A DNA stretch of 64,000 bases from Vicugna vicugna (lineage: Eukaryota). The DNA lies in the NCBI GenBank assembly GCA_013265495.1, contig MU058198.1:6153779-6217778 (forward strand). The letters are read 5' to 3'. Below the pieces are notes generated by a model. The model was not told the DNA's origin and ran no database searches. It saw only the letters and a program-made list of their open reading frames with translations. Shown here piece after piece: positions 52,886 through 64,000 of the stretch (position 1 is its first letter; every line of letters begins with the position of its first letter). Position numbers and translations under genes: made by a program.

Positions 52886-55800
52886 GGGAGTTTGGGGGCC
52901 CCGAGTAGGAACAGCTTGGCTCCCAGGGTAAGGGAACCTACACGCCAAGCTGATCTGTACTGCCCAGGGGACCAGAGAACAAAGTCAATCTGCTTCTAGG
53001 AGCCTTAGTTTCTCCACGTGCATAATAAAAATAATCACCCCTCCTTGCCAGGACTGCGCCAACCGGCAGATGAGAAGGCTACAAAGCAGGGACCTGCACA
53101 CAGCAAGTGTTTAATAATGCGGGCTCCCTGGCATCCCTCCTCTCCCGTCCCGCTTGCTGGCAAGTCAGGCCACCACAAGATCTGAGTGGCTGCTCAGTGC
53201 AGAAAAATTGCAGAACTCATCCAGGCATTTCCAAAATATTTTCTTGGCCAAAACGCCACTCGCAGCGAAGAGGCTGCATTCTGGAGATGGTGTCCTTTCC
53301 CTGGACGGTCTGATCAGGCTGCTTTCTAGTCCATGAGCAATGTGAGAACCCAGTCCACCTGTGGCTGGGTCCCTCTTCCCCAAACACTGCCGAAGGTCTG
53401 GCAGATGGGGTGTGCCTGGCACGTGGAGCCACTGACTGACAAGAGGCAGCTCACCCTAGTGCCTCGGAATCTGGGCTCTGGAACCAGATGGGCTGGGTGT
53501 ACATCCACTTCCTGGCACAGCCATAACCTCCCTGGGCCTCAGTTTCCCTGTCTGTAAAATGGGGCTATGTTTGGGATTAAATGAGAGGATAAATGTAAAG
53601 CCCTCAGAACATACACAAGGGTGAACTGTTATCATCAGACTGAGCTCTTCTGGTTGGTTATTTTCCTAATCAACTCCAGGTATCATCATTACAGCTGTAG
53701 AATTCTACCAAGCTAGACCACCCGGGGCCAAGCACCCCTCCTTCTCCACACCCCACCCTCACCCGAGCTGGGGAGGCACCAGGCCTCTGGCCAGCATGGA
53801 CCCCATGATAGCTCTGGCCAACGATACAGCAGTGGCTTGGGAGCTCCCCAGTCCAGAGTTTGCCTTATTCCCCTCCATGTTTCAGAGCCCGCAGGAGGCC
53901 CAGCCCAGAGAAGCACCTTTAGCAAAGATTCGTTGAATAAACGAATGAATGAATGGCTTTCATGTGGCCACAGACACAGCCCACTTTAGGACAATGAAAG
54001 TGAGTGGAGCACTCAAGCCGGCATCCAGCCCACACGCGGACGCCTCCCCCCTCAGCTCCGACCGCAGATAGGGTCTTTCTCATCCTCATTGTTTTAACCG
54101 AGTCTGCAGCACCTCTGCTGGCCCCGGGGAAAGACAGCGCCCCACAGCTCGGCTACCCGATGAAAGGCACACCTGGAAGAGGTGCCATGGGATCTGAGGT
54201 TCCTTCCTTCGCTGAGAAGCTGGGGTTTGGAAAACCTCTGGGAGCCACAACACCTTCCCCACCGGCTTCCATGTTTCTCTTTGAGCCTCGGGCTGTCAGG
54301 ACCTCGTGGCCCCCCTATTTCTCCACCTCCTCCCACAATCTCCCTCAATGGCCTCAGCAGCCCTCCAGCTTCAACTAGCTCCGCTCTCAACCCTACACGT
54401 CCCTCAGATTCAACACAGATGCAACATCATGACGCCCCACAAACTACTCCTCTCCGTGTCCATCAGTGGGTGACAACTGGCCCTGGACTGCTGGCTCTAA
54501 ACTTCCGTGAGCATCCTAGGTTGCTGGCTGCCCCCACCCCTCACCTCGAATCAGACAAGCTGGGGTGGGCACCATCCCTCTGCCCAGAGGAGCGCACTGC
54601 TGACCTCCCCCTCCCTAGTGCCAGGGCTTTCTACCCCCTCCCAAGGAGAGTTCATGTTCCCCACCCCACCCCAGCAGCCCTCCAGCGACACCCAAGGAGA
54701 ATTACTACCACGTCTGGAAGGATAACTCAGACACGTGTGCTCTGCACTGGCCCCCAAGTCCCCCAGCCGGGCCTACAGTGATACCCGGCTCAGCCATGCT
54801 GCCTGCCCTTCCCTGCTTCAGTCTGCCTCCCTGGCACCTATTTGCATTTTCTGAGGTCACCCAAATAAGGGACTTGCTGTAGAATTCTTATCTCAGGATC
54901 TGCTTCTGGAGAAATACAAACAAAGCACTCTGACAATTCTCCCAGCAAAAAGTTCTTGAATCCGCCAACCCTCATCTCTGTTGCTGCAGGTCAGGCCACC
55001 GTCCGTCACTCCCGAGGATGACAGTGACAGCATCAAAGGTGGTCTGCTGGCCTCCAGTCTTCCTGCCCTCTCATCCTTTTCCCACATTGCAGATGGGGTG
55101 GAAGGAGGCACCGAGACAGATGGATGTAGATGAAGATGATGTAGCTATGTAGATTCAGATAAATAATCTGCTATGTCTCTTCCCCGGGCTCCCCGCCTCA
55201 GAGCCGGCTCCTCCCCGTGGTCCTGCCTCCTGCGCCCCCCAGTCCCATCTCCTCCCCGCCCCCATTGCTCTCCCTGCTCCAGTCCAGCCACACCGGCCTC
55301 CAGTGCTGGCTGTTCCTGCTTTGCAGGCCCCTCTGCCTGGAAGGCTCTTTGCTTAGCTGATTTCTCACTCCTCAGCCCCGGCCGCAGGGGCTCCTCAAAG
55401 AGGCAGCTCTAAGGGGGCCTCTCCCGTTCCCTCTTTAACATCACACGTTCTTGTGGTATGACTTGAGGTCATCTCATTTGGTTCTGAGTTCATTTCTTAC
55501 TTGATCCTCTCTCCCGGTCTCCCCGCCCCACAAGGCAGCGACCTCTGTCTGCTGCAGCTCCTGGCTGCGTCTCCAGCGCCTCGCATGGGGCCAGCACAGA
55601 GGGTCTGCACCGCTCAGTATTTGTCGAGGGCATGAAAGATGGAATTCTCCGCAGGCTGCTGACCTAGGACCGCATCTGATGTTTCTCTTGTGAAGAAATG
55701 CTGCTTGGGAGGTGAAGTGGGTGCCAGAGCAGAGCTGAGGAATGGCGCTGTGTGGAGAGGGCTTCTGCAGCTCCCCAACCCTGAGTGTCCTCATTCTCCA

Positions 55801-56723
55801 CCCCAGGGCTCGCTTTCAGGGTCAGACTCGCTCCGACTCCACTCTTTCTCCCATTCTCAGGCCTCAGAGATCTGCTCTTTCCTCTTCTCAACTCCCCAGC
55901 GGCCCCCACGATCTCTTCCCACCGAGGATTTCTCACCCACTCTGCAGGGGACTCAGGCCCAAGTAGGGGGGCCTGGTGGCGCTCTGGAACATGCCAGGGC
56001 TCTCAGTTTGTATCCCTACCATGTGCTTCCTGAGCCCCTCTGGTGGATTCCTGCTCTCCTCTGTATCTCTGAGGCAGGCACTCCCCAGCCACCTCCATGC
56101 CCTGGTTCCTGACCCCTTCCTCCAGGAAGCCCTCCTTCCCTGACACCTGGCATGAACCCACAATATGTGAGCCCAGTGTCCACTCTTACTCCTCGGGCAG
56201 GCAGTTAGTGTTTTGGCCTTCTTTCTGGGCTGCTACAGGAGCCTCTTCCCTCTGACTGAAGACAGGACTTGCTCCTCCTCTCCAGCCAGGCCCCCTCCCA
56301 AGCTCCTTCACCCTCCTCTGTCTTCTCCCTCCTAGCAGAGCCATTTCTCACTCCTAGGGGTTGGGGTCAGATAGTGTGTTTAAATCTCTGCTCTTTTAGT
56401 TCAGGTTCCCCAGAAGCAGACCCTGAGGTAGGAATCGGAGAGAAGGGGAGACACTACAGAGGAACTGGGAAGAGGGGAACATGGCCCAGGGAAGAGAAGG
56501 CTGTGAACCCAGGTGGCTGCTAAACCTCATAACACCTGGCTAATCCTGCAAATCCCTCACCTCAGGGAATCCCACTCAAGGGGCAAGTGAGCTAGGGCAT
56601 CTATATGCATTTCCTTAGTATTTCCATCTCCTGTGGGTGGAGGTAGGGGAAGCCCCCAGGGACAGAGATGCAGATACTGGCAGCTGGAAGGCACTGGAGT
56701 TTCCTAAAAAGTCTGAGAGATAT

Positions 56724-56759
56724 GGGCAGCGTACTGACAACGGGCAGGGTACTGACAAC
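56724..56759. repeat. Tandem duplication, 2 x 18 bp
   Basis: gggcagcgtactgacaac / gggcagggtactgacaac. Confidence 0.85.
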
Positions 56760-56769
56760 GTCTGCTGTA

Positions 56770-56930
56770 ACAGCTCTGCCACTGACTAGCTAAGCTGTGT
56801 GACCTTAGGCAAATTGCTCCACCTCTCTGAGCCTTCATTTCCTTATCTGCAAAGTGTGAATAGTAATCCCAGTTCTAGGGGTTGGAGGTGAGCAAGAACA
56901 CGAGATCAGGCATAAAGAGCCTCAGTACGG
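56770..56930. mobile_element. MIR SINE
   Basis: cagctctgccact...ctgtgtgaccttaggcaa...ctctctgagccttcatttccttatctgcaaa. Confidence 0.7.
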
Positions 56931-57495
56931 AGCAGGGTGGGCAGGGAGCAGGCTCGGCTGAGATTCTGCCATTTTAACTTTCATCTTGTATCAGCTCCTT
57001 CCTTTTCTGTCTGGAACAAGGCCCTCTTCTTCTTTGACCTCCCCTTTGCTTTCTGGTCCAGACATTTGTTTTCTTAATGGGTGCCCTAGATTCTGTCTCC
57101 CACAGTGAGACATATGAAGTCAGTGCATTCTAAGCTGCCAGGAGTACCCACCGTGCAAACAATCTTGGCTAGTTCTGTCCTGGAGCCGTTCTCCCTTCAG
57201 GCCAATGGCTAAACCAGACCGGGATTGAGCTGTGGTTCGCCTGCCTGACTTTAAGGCACCCCCATGTCCCTCTTGCTTTCTTAGAACTCTGACCCCCATC
57301 GCAAGGGCTGTAGCTGCTGCGTGCAAAAGACTTGCTCCGCTAAGACTGCAGCCTCAGATTGGCCCTCCATACTGTGCGTCTCGGGGAGAATGCAGGGGTG
57401 CAGGGAGAGGCTGGCCTGGCGCATCTCCAGCGTCCTCTCTTCTCTGTCAGCCCATTGCCTCTGCAGCACAGACCCCTGTGGCTGAGGCCACTTAC

Positions 57496-57566
57496 GGGCA
57501 GGGTACCTCCCGTGGCGGCAGTCCAGGCGAAGGTCCTCCTCCTCGTTCCCATCCCCTTTCTCCATC
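57496..57566 (-). CDS. GSG1L: GSG1L penultimate coding exon (71 nt)
   Basis: Minus-strand acceptor ctcttctttccAG, donor C|gtaagt; (R)MEKGDGNEEEDLRLDCRHGRYPA; exit phase 1 joins the terminal exon as C+GA = R. Confidence 0.92.
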
Positions 57567-60499
57567 CTGGAAAGAAGAGAACCCAAAAGCCAGTGTAAGA
57601 AAGAGCAGGCTGAGCTGGCAGAGACCCAGGACTTGGAAGAGGGTACCTCTCCCCTCCGGAGAACATTTTGCAAAGCAATTTGGCACCACTGCCCCAGGGG
57701 GTTCTTACCAGCCACCTGAGAGAGGGAATCTGTAACGGATGAAGAAACAGGTATTGGAAAGTGCTGTGACCAATCAGGTGCTGGGCAGCTAACGAATCAG
57801 ACGCAGATGCCTCTGATGAGCAAACCCATGTGCTCTCACAAAAAGATGTTCAATCATGTGCAAATGGTGTATTACAAAAGAAGGGGTACGGTTCGATTTG
57901 TTTTTAAAAATTACACACTGATATGCACAAAACATTACTTGGCAAGATATCTACCAAAAGGTAATGGTGATTAACCCTAGATAACGTGAAAATAGGGGAC
58001 TAAATCTGGAGCCTCCTTTTTGAACCTGCCTCTATTTTCTGACTTTGGGGCAAAGGACTCTATCAGCTGCACCACCTTTTTTAAACTAAATTAAAACACT
58101 TCTTAGAGGCAGTTCTACATAGAAACAACGCCCTGGTCTTCTGACCTCTGGCCCAGGGCTCTTTCCCACCAGCAACTGTGAGGATTTCCCAGTGTTGCTC
58201 CCTTCTCCTCTGGCAACTCAAGATCACTGCAGTTCTGGAGGCAGCTGCCTCTGCTGGTGTGGCTGGAGACGGCTGCCAAGCCCAGAGCAGAGGCTGCCCA
58301 GGGTCAGAGCGGAGGCAGCTGCAGACTTCCCAACACGGCTCCGGACCTAGACCCTCACCGCCATCGCATCAATTGGGCCAGAGAATGGGCAGGGTCATGT
58401 TCCCACGGTGCACACGTCCATTTGTAACCTAAATGTACTCCAGAGTTCCAGGCAGTCCAGTCGACATGTACCTCAGCTTTAGAGAAACATAATCCAGTCC
58501 CCAAAGTAGAAACAAACCCAATCATTACTGTGCATCGTAAAGAACACTGAAGGCACCCCCAAGTCCTCATCTGAATTTATAGATGCTTTCGCTCAGTCTG
58601 TTTGGCATCCTTTCAGGATGGCTTGCACTTGTTAGAGTCATCATTGTTATTACCATCGTCAGCATCCTCATGGCTGGGGGCCTATGTGGTCAGTCACTCT
58701 GTGACTCCACCTCCCAATTCCTAACGTGGAAGGATGTTATTTTAACATACTAACCAAAGCTCCTTCCCCACCCTGCCCCCTACACCCCGTCCTTCGTTCC
58801 ATCGTTTAGATCTGAATTCTTTGTTGCCTTAGAAAAGGATGTTTTGAAATCAGTAGAGAAAAGGCTTCAAAGTACCAAACGCCTCTGGATTCAGGGCAGA
58901 AGGAACCACAGGGGGTCACAGCACAGCCTTCTGCCCCTCCCCAAACGGAGGACCAAAGAGTCAGCACAGAGGCTGAGTGAGCCGACGCTGCGGTTTCTGG
59001 AAAAGGGAGTGAGCCCCCAGGAAATGTGACAGAAACAGAGGTACCTGCTCAGACTTCCAAGTGAGAGAGAAATAAACTTGTTCATCATTTAAATTCTTGT
59101 TATTTGGGGTCCGTCTCCACCTATTCAAACCTGTATTCCGACCACAGAGTTACCGGCATCGTCATCATCATTGCCACCCTTCCCAACTTACAGCTGTGAA
59201 AACTGAAGCTGAGACAGACTTGTAACTTTTCCAAGGTTTTGCTGATGTGCTGGTAAATATTAACAACCGGCTCTCTAACAGAAAGAGCTGTGCTTTGCAG
59301 TGTTCGTGGACATCTGTGGGGTGAATACTCCCAGCATGGCTGCTCTGAAGCCGAGAAGAGGCTGCAAAGTGTCAAACACCTCTGGACATCACTGAACATG
59401 CGACGTCACTGGACGTCATGGAACGTGGAGCCAGGAAGACAGCCCTACACTTTGCTCTCCTGGGGCCCTCTCCACCCCAGCAGCTGGCTGGCCGGTGGCA
59501 CAGCTGGGACTTGAACTCAGGTTTAGCAGTCCCTGGAGCTGGAGCCTGTTTCCAGGGTGCCCTGCAGGTTCCTGGCTGGCAGGGGATTTTCCATCAGACC
59601 CACTCTGGGTACACCTGTGCTGTGAGGGCCCAATGGGAAGTGGGGCTGGGCACTGGCTCTCCCAGAACTGCCAGCAGGTGTGCAGACGGCAGTATGGGGG
59701 TGACCGCGCTGTCACACAGTCATTGCCCCAATGACCCACAGCATCTGGGATGGGGTTGAAGCTGGGTATTTGCTATTTTTTTGAGAGAAGAGAATATGCA
59801 GGCAAGTGACAGGAGCAGGGAGGCGCCAAGGACTTGGCAGTTTGAAGGTAGAATAGAACCCACGTGTCTTGCCTCATCAGGAAACCGCCCCCACCGATAC
59901 CTGCCTGTGGCCACCACTGGCAAGGGGTCCACTGGGTCCTCCCTCTGCTGCGACAGGAGCCCGAGGCCTCCCCAGCACAGTGCTCCCAGCACACTCTCCA
60001 CCCGCTGCGACCCTCTCTGTGCCCTCCTCAAAGCCTGCGCCTCTCTCACTGCCCCAGGCTAGCTTCTGGTTCCGAAATCTCCAGCCACCCCTGGTGGAAA
60101 GCGGCAGCCTACGCAGTGTGCTTCTCAAACCAACTGATAAAGGGCTAGGTTTTTTCCACCTTGATTTTCAATCTCCCTTGGACTAATTTTTTAATAAAAT
60201 ACAACAAAAATGAGTTGCTAGAAAATGAAATGGAAAAAGCCACACACAGAAGGCAAGCTTGGGTACCAACAAGAGCAACTCACTGTGAAGTTTTCCAAAC
60301 ACACGTCTCAGTTTCTCTCCTTAAATCATCACAATGTTTGCAAACGGGCCCTGGTTCGGGGACCACACTTTGAGTAGCACCGAGGCGATGAATCCCTTCT
60401 TTATCCACCAGTCTCTGCTGACCCACAGCCACCTCCTGACCAGGACTGCATCTGCTCTGTCCTCCAGCCTGACCCTTCCCAAATGTACCAATGCCCACA

Positions 60500-60625
60500 G
60501 ATCATGAGAGAAGCTTGTTAAAATGCAGATTCTGATTCAGTACGTCTAGGAGTCTGCATTCTAACACGTTCCTGGGGTGGGGGCCAATGCTGTTGGGCCC
60601 CAAATCGCATTTGAAGAACCAAGTA
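60500..60625. mobile_element. MER5-like hAT remnant
   Basis: gcttgttaaaatgcagattctgattcagta...tctgcattctaaca. Confidence 0.65.
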
Positions 60626-61780
60626 TTGGACCCTGGGCTTTGGGCACTTGTGAGGTTCCGCTAGGCATGAGCCCAGTTGCCCTCCATGTCCTGGGCTGTC
60701 GTCCAGTGTACCCCGGCCTCCAGTATCCTCCCCACAGTCCTAGATGCAAAGAGGCATCACCAAAGAGCTGACCGTAGCCTCTCATTTCCCTCCAGCCCGC
60801 TGCTATTTGGATGAACGTGGAGGTTGGGGAGCGGCTGTCCTGCCAGAAGTTCCCGCTACCTTGATGTTTCCACCTCCAGGGCCACTCTGTGCTTTTTGCT
60901 TTCCTTTCAAATCGCGTTGGTGGGTGAGCTAACCTTGGGGACCCAGCAAGGGCCCCGAAATTTCCACAGCGCCGTCTCTAATTCCTGGGCCCCGCATTCC
61001 TCTCCAGACGAAACAGTGATGTCAAAGGACCCCAATAAAAAGCCATCAAGTGCGAGGCATCGCGGAGAAGTAATATTCAAGCAGCAAGAGTGGAAATGAC
61101 AGGTAAGAAGGAGCGTGTGATTGAATACGTCTCAGAGGTTAAAAAGCTAAGAAACAGTCACCGAGGACAAAGAACACAATGATTTTTAAATGATGCATTG
61201 ATGGTGGAATGAAGGGTGGAATTAAAAGGAAATCTGGCAAATAAATGATCCCAGGTAGGAGATTAAAATTCTACAGCACCCCATCAGAAGTGCCACTCCA
61301 AAACAGGGGGAAATAAATGGGTTTTTTGAAAGGTTTTTTTCCCTTCTCTCATTTTATGAGTAAGATCATCATGATTCAAAACATTTGGAAAATACAGGGA
61401 AGAAAATAGCCCGAGTGCCGTCGCCCTCCCCAGATCTCTGTGTGTGGTTGAGAGCGCTACCTCCCATTTCTCTGATACTGGGTTTTAAAAAGAGATCTCT
61501 AAATATTAGCACCTTGAGATTATTTTTGGAACTGCACAGGCTAGAAATTGTGACTTGGAAAAAACAATCACTAACATGAGTGGAGCCCCCACTCCAACTC
61601 CCCATCCTCGCCTTCAATAGCTCCTAGGTACCCCTGACAACATGAAAACCTCTAGATGTGGTTTATCTCAAAAGTCACATCTTCAGCCCAGCCTTGGCTA
61701 CAGGAGAGAGAGCAGTGAGCAGTCACAGAGGTGGGCACACCTGAGGGCCGTGCTGTTCAGAGTCAGACTGGACACACCCA

Positions 61781-61845
61781 GGATTGAACCCAGGCCTTGG
61801 TGCATACTAAGCACATGCTCTTCCACTGAGCTATACCCCCACCCC
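61781..61845 (-). mobile_element. tRNA-derived SINE head only (Vic-1-like or tRNA-Ala pseudogene)
   Basis: Minus strand GGGGGTATAGCTCAGTGGAAGAGCATGTGCTTAGTATGCACCAAGGCCTGGGTTCAATCC; A and B boxes present; no tail. Confidence 0.75.
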
Positions 61846-64000
61846 ATGAGGCCCCTTCTTTTCTGCTCTCTGTCACCCTCAGGTAGAGAGGACAGTTGTC
61901 CTGAGGCTATGTGGAGACCAAAGAATGACCCACCTGTGCAGGGGGTGGTGCCCAGGGTTCTGGACCTTCGCCCTGGAGCTGTAGTGTTTCAGCAGAAAGA
62001 TGAGCATCGCAGTACCCTGATCACACAAGCACAGTGAAGAGGCACTGGCTGTCAGGGGAGGACAGGTGCAAGGGGGCAAAGTAGGATGTGGGATTTACAT
62101 CTCACCTCCAAGCAGGAGGTGAGAATGGGCGCAGCCCTGGACTCTCCAGGATGATGGGAGTAAAGATGGAGAGAAGTGACCCACCCAGAGGGGAAATGCA
62201 CTGGTCCTGGGGTGACCGGACATGGGGGTAAGACTCACAGATGTCTGCTTGCATAGGCAGGTCCACCCTGGAGAGATCCGCGGAAATAGAACTGGGTTTG
62301 GGGAAGCCCCGGGAGTAGGTCCTGGCCATGTTGAATTTTGATACCTTTGAGAATCCAGAGTGGAAACAACAAAGAGGCAGCTGGATATGGGGTGCGACTG
62401 TGGAGGGAGTAAGAATGCGGGAGTCCTGGTACGTGTGTGCCCACTGAGGCTAATGTCAAGAGGGCCTAGAACTGACCTTGGGAGCATCACCATTTCACAG
62501 AACAGAGAGGAGGGGTGGGAGGGGGGCTCACACAGCCCAGAGGAGTGGCTGGTGGGAACCCAGGGGGAGGGTATGTGCCCATCACTCATCCCCCGGGCAG
62601 CTGGGAGTTGTTGGGGGAGTAGAGGGTGGATGGCAGATGGCACTGGGAGGAGCCGTGAGTGGGCGGTGAGGAGGTGGAGACCAGCCCTTCCAAAAGTTTC
62701 CCTACAACAGACAGGAGAGAGAGCAGAGCTGGCGGGGAGCGGGGTCCTCGCGTCCCTCCCGGCACCAGTCGCGGGGATAGGGAAAGAGGGGGCCCTCCAC
62801 TGCGCAGGAACAATGTACGTGCACAGCGATCTCCCCCAGGTGGGGGTCTGGCTGCTCTGTATCTGCTCAGCGCCCTGTGAGTCCTTACCCAGGAAGGAGG
62901 CTTGGATGAGAGAAGTGAGAGACCCAGGCCCAACTCCCACCCTCACCCTATTCTCAAATCTCCTCAAACTGCCTAGATTTTCTTAAAGACCCTTGTTTGC
63001 CGTCAGTCCTGGCCTTTGCTCACACGGTTGCCTGTGCCTGAGAACGCCTTCTGCCACCCACCACCCATCTGGCCTGGAGCGCTGTGTGTGCCTTTAAAAA
63101 CCTGGCTTGGGGGTCTCATCTGTGCAGGCTTTTCTAGCCTCTGCCTCCCACGGGGTGGTGCTCAGCCCTCCCTTCGCCTGGAGTCACCTCCAGGAGACCC
63201 GATCGCAGCCCCCAGGGTATTTTGCTGGGGACTCACAGCTAAAAACTGCAGTTAATTCCAGCCCTGGTCTATTTCCTCCTGTCTTCCATGGGATTATGTG
63301 AGAGCGCACAGGCAAGGCCCTCGAAAAGCGCCTGCAACAGGAGGTACTGCACAACTATAATTAACAGTATAATGATTACAGACGGTTAATAACTTGTTGA
63401 GCCCCTAAGGGTCTAGGTGCCAGGGACAAAGCAGAAGCCAAGAAAGCACGCCCTGATCTGGAGGTGTGCGCGTGCTCTGGATAGAGGCCGACAGACAGAC
63501 GTGAGTAGCGAAAGAACAAGTTCGCAGACTGGTAGTCGGAGCAAGGGGATGTGACGGGGTGATCTGATCCTGGGGGAAGAGCTGCCTCCTCCCAGCCTTT
63601 TGTCCCCACCGCCCACTGTGGCTTTCCAGAGGGAGGCGGGATGTTTGCTCAGTCGGCTGACTTCCCCCTCGAGTCCAATCAACAGGGTCTCATTTCCTTC
63701 TGCACGTTGTTAAACCAGATCTGAACATCAAGCATTCAAGAAAGCCCCGATCTGCAAATATTTACCTTTCATCTGGCAGCTTCCGCCCCTCCCCTGGGAG
63801 GCCCGATTAAGACAACCTCCTTGGGGATGACAGGCAGGGTGAGTCTGGGAGGGTTTAATTCCAGAGACTCAGAGCTGGGACAGGCGAGGCTGCTGGGAGT
63901 CAGGGTGTGCAGGCTCTCCCTCCCCTACAAACCCAACACGGAAGCACACTGACCCCTACACACACACACATGCACACAAATAAATGCACACACATCCATG

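Noticed and set aside
59381..59430. Short repeated ggacatcactg / gacgtcactg / ggacgtca with CRE-like GACGTCA
   Set aside because: Too short and degenerate to distinguish from local slippage
62095..62986. Overlapping 290-aa (-) and 208-aa (+) ORFs
   Set aside because: GC-rich intronic sequence with apparent L2 remnants, non-ATG starts, Pro/Ser/Gly-biased translation and no recognisable domain

Overview
Mammalian genomic DNA, probably camelid (inferred from two tRNA-Ala-derived Vic-1-like SINE copies). The + strand carries the last 14 coding exons of KATNIP (KIAA0556), 499-37295. I spliced these by hand into one open frame of 3114 nt (1037 aa plus stop) with three tandem DUF4457/KATNIP-type repeats, followed by a ~1.8 kb 3'UTR with two AATAAA signals. 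The - strand carries the last two coding exons of the convergent gene GSG1L (57566-57496 and 47617-47520). The rest is intronic or intergenic and rich in old repeats: an internally deleted 4 kb L1 inserted into a MIR, plus L2, MIR, MLT1, MER5, MER102 and simple repeats. The most notable signal is two consecutive U12-type (minor spliceosome) introns flanking a 111-nt in-frame KATNIP exon; this is probably already catalogued for the human orthologue. I found no convincing previously undescribed biological system, and the many short six-frame ORFs are almost all noise. Gene and repeat names come from recalled protein and consensus sequences, not database searches; repeat boundaries are approximate.
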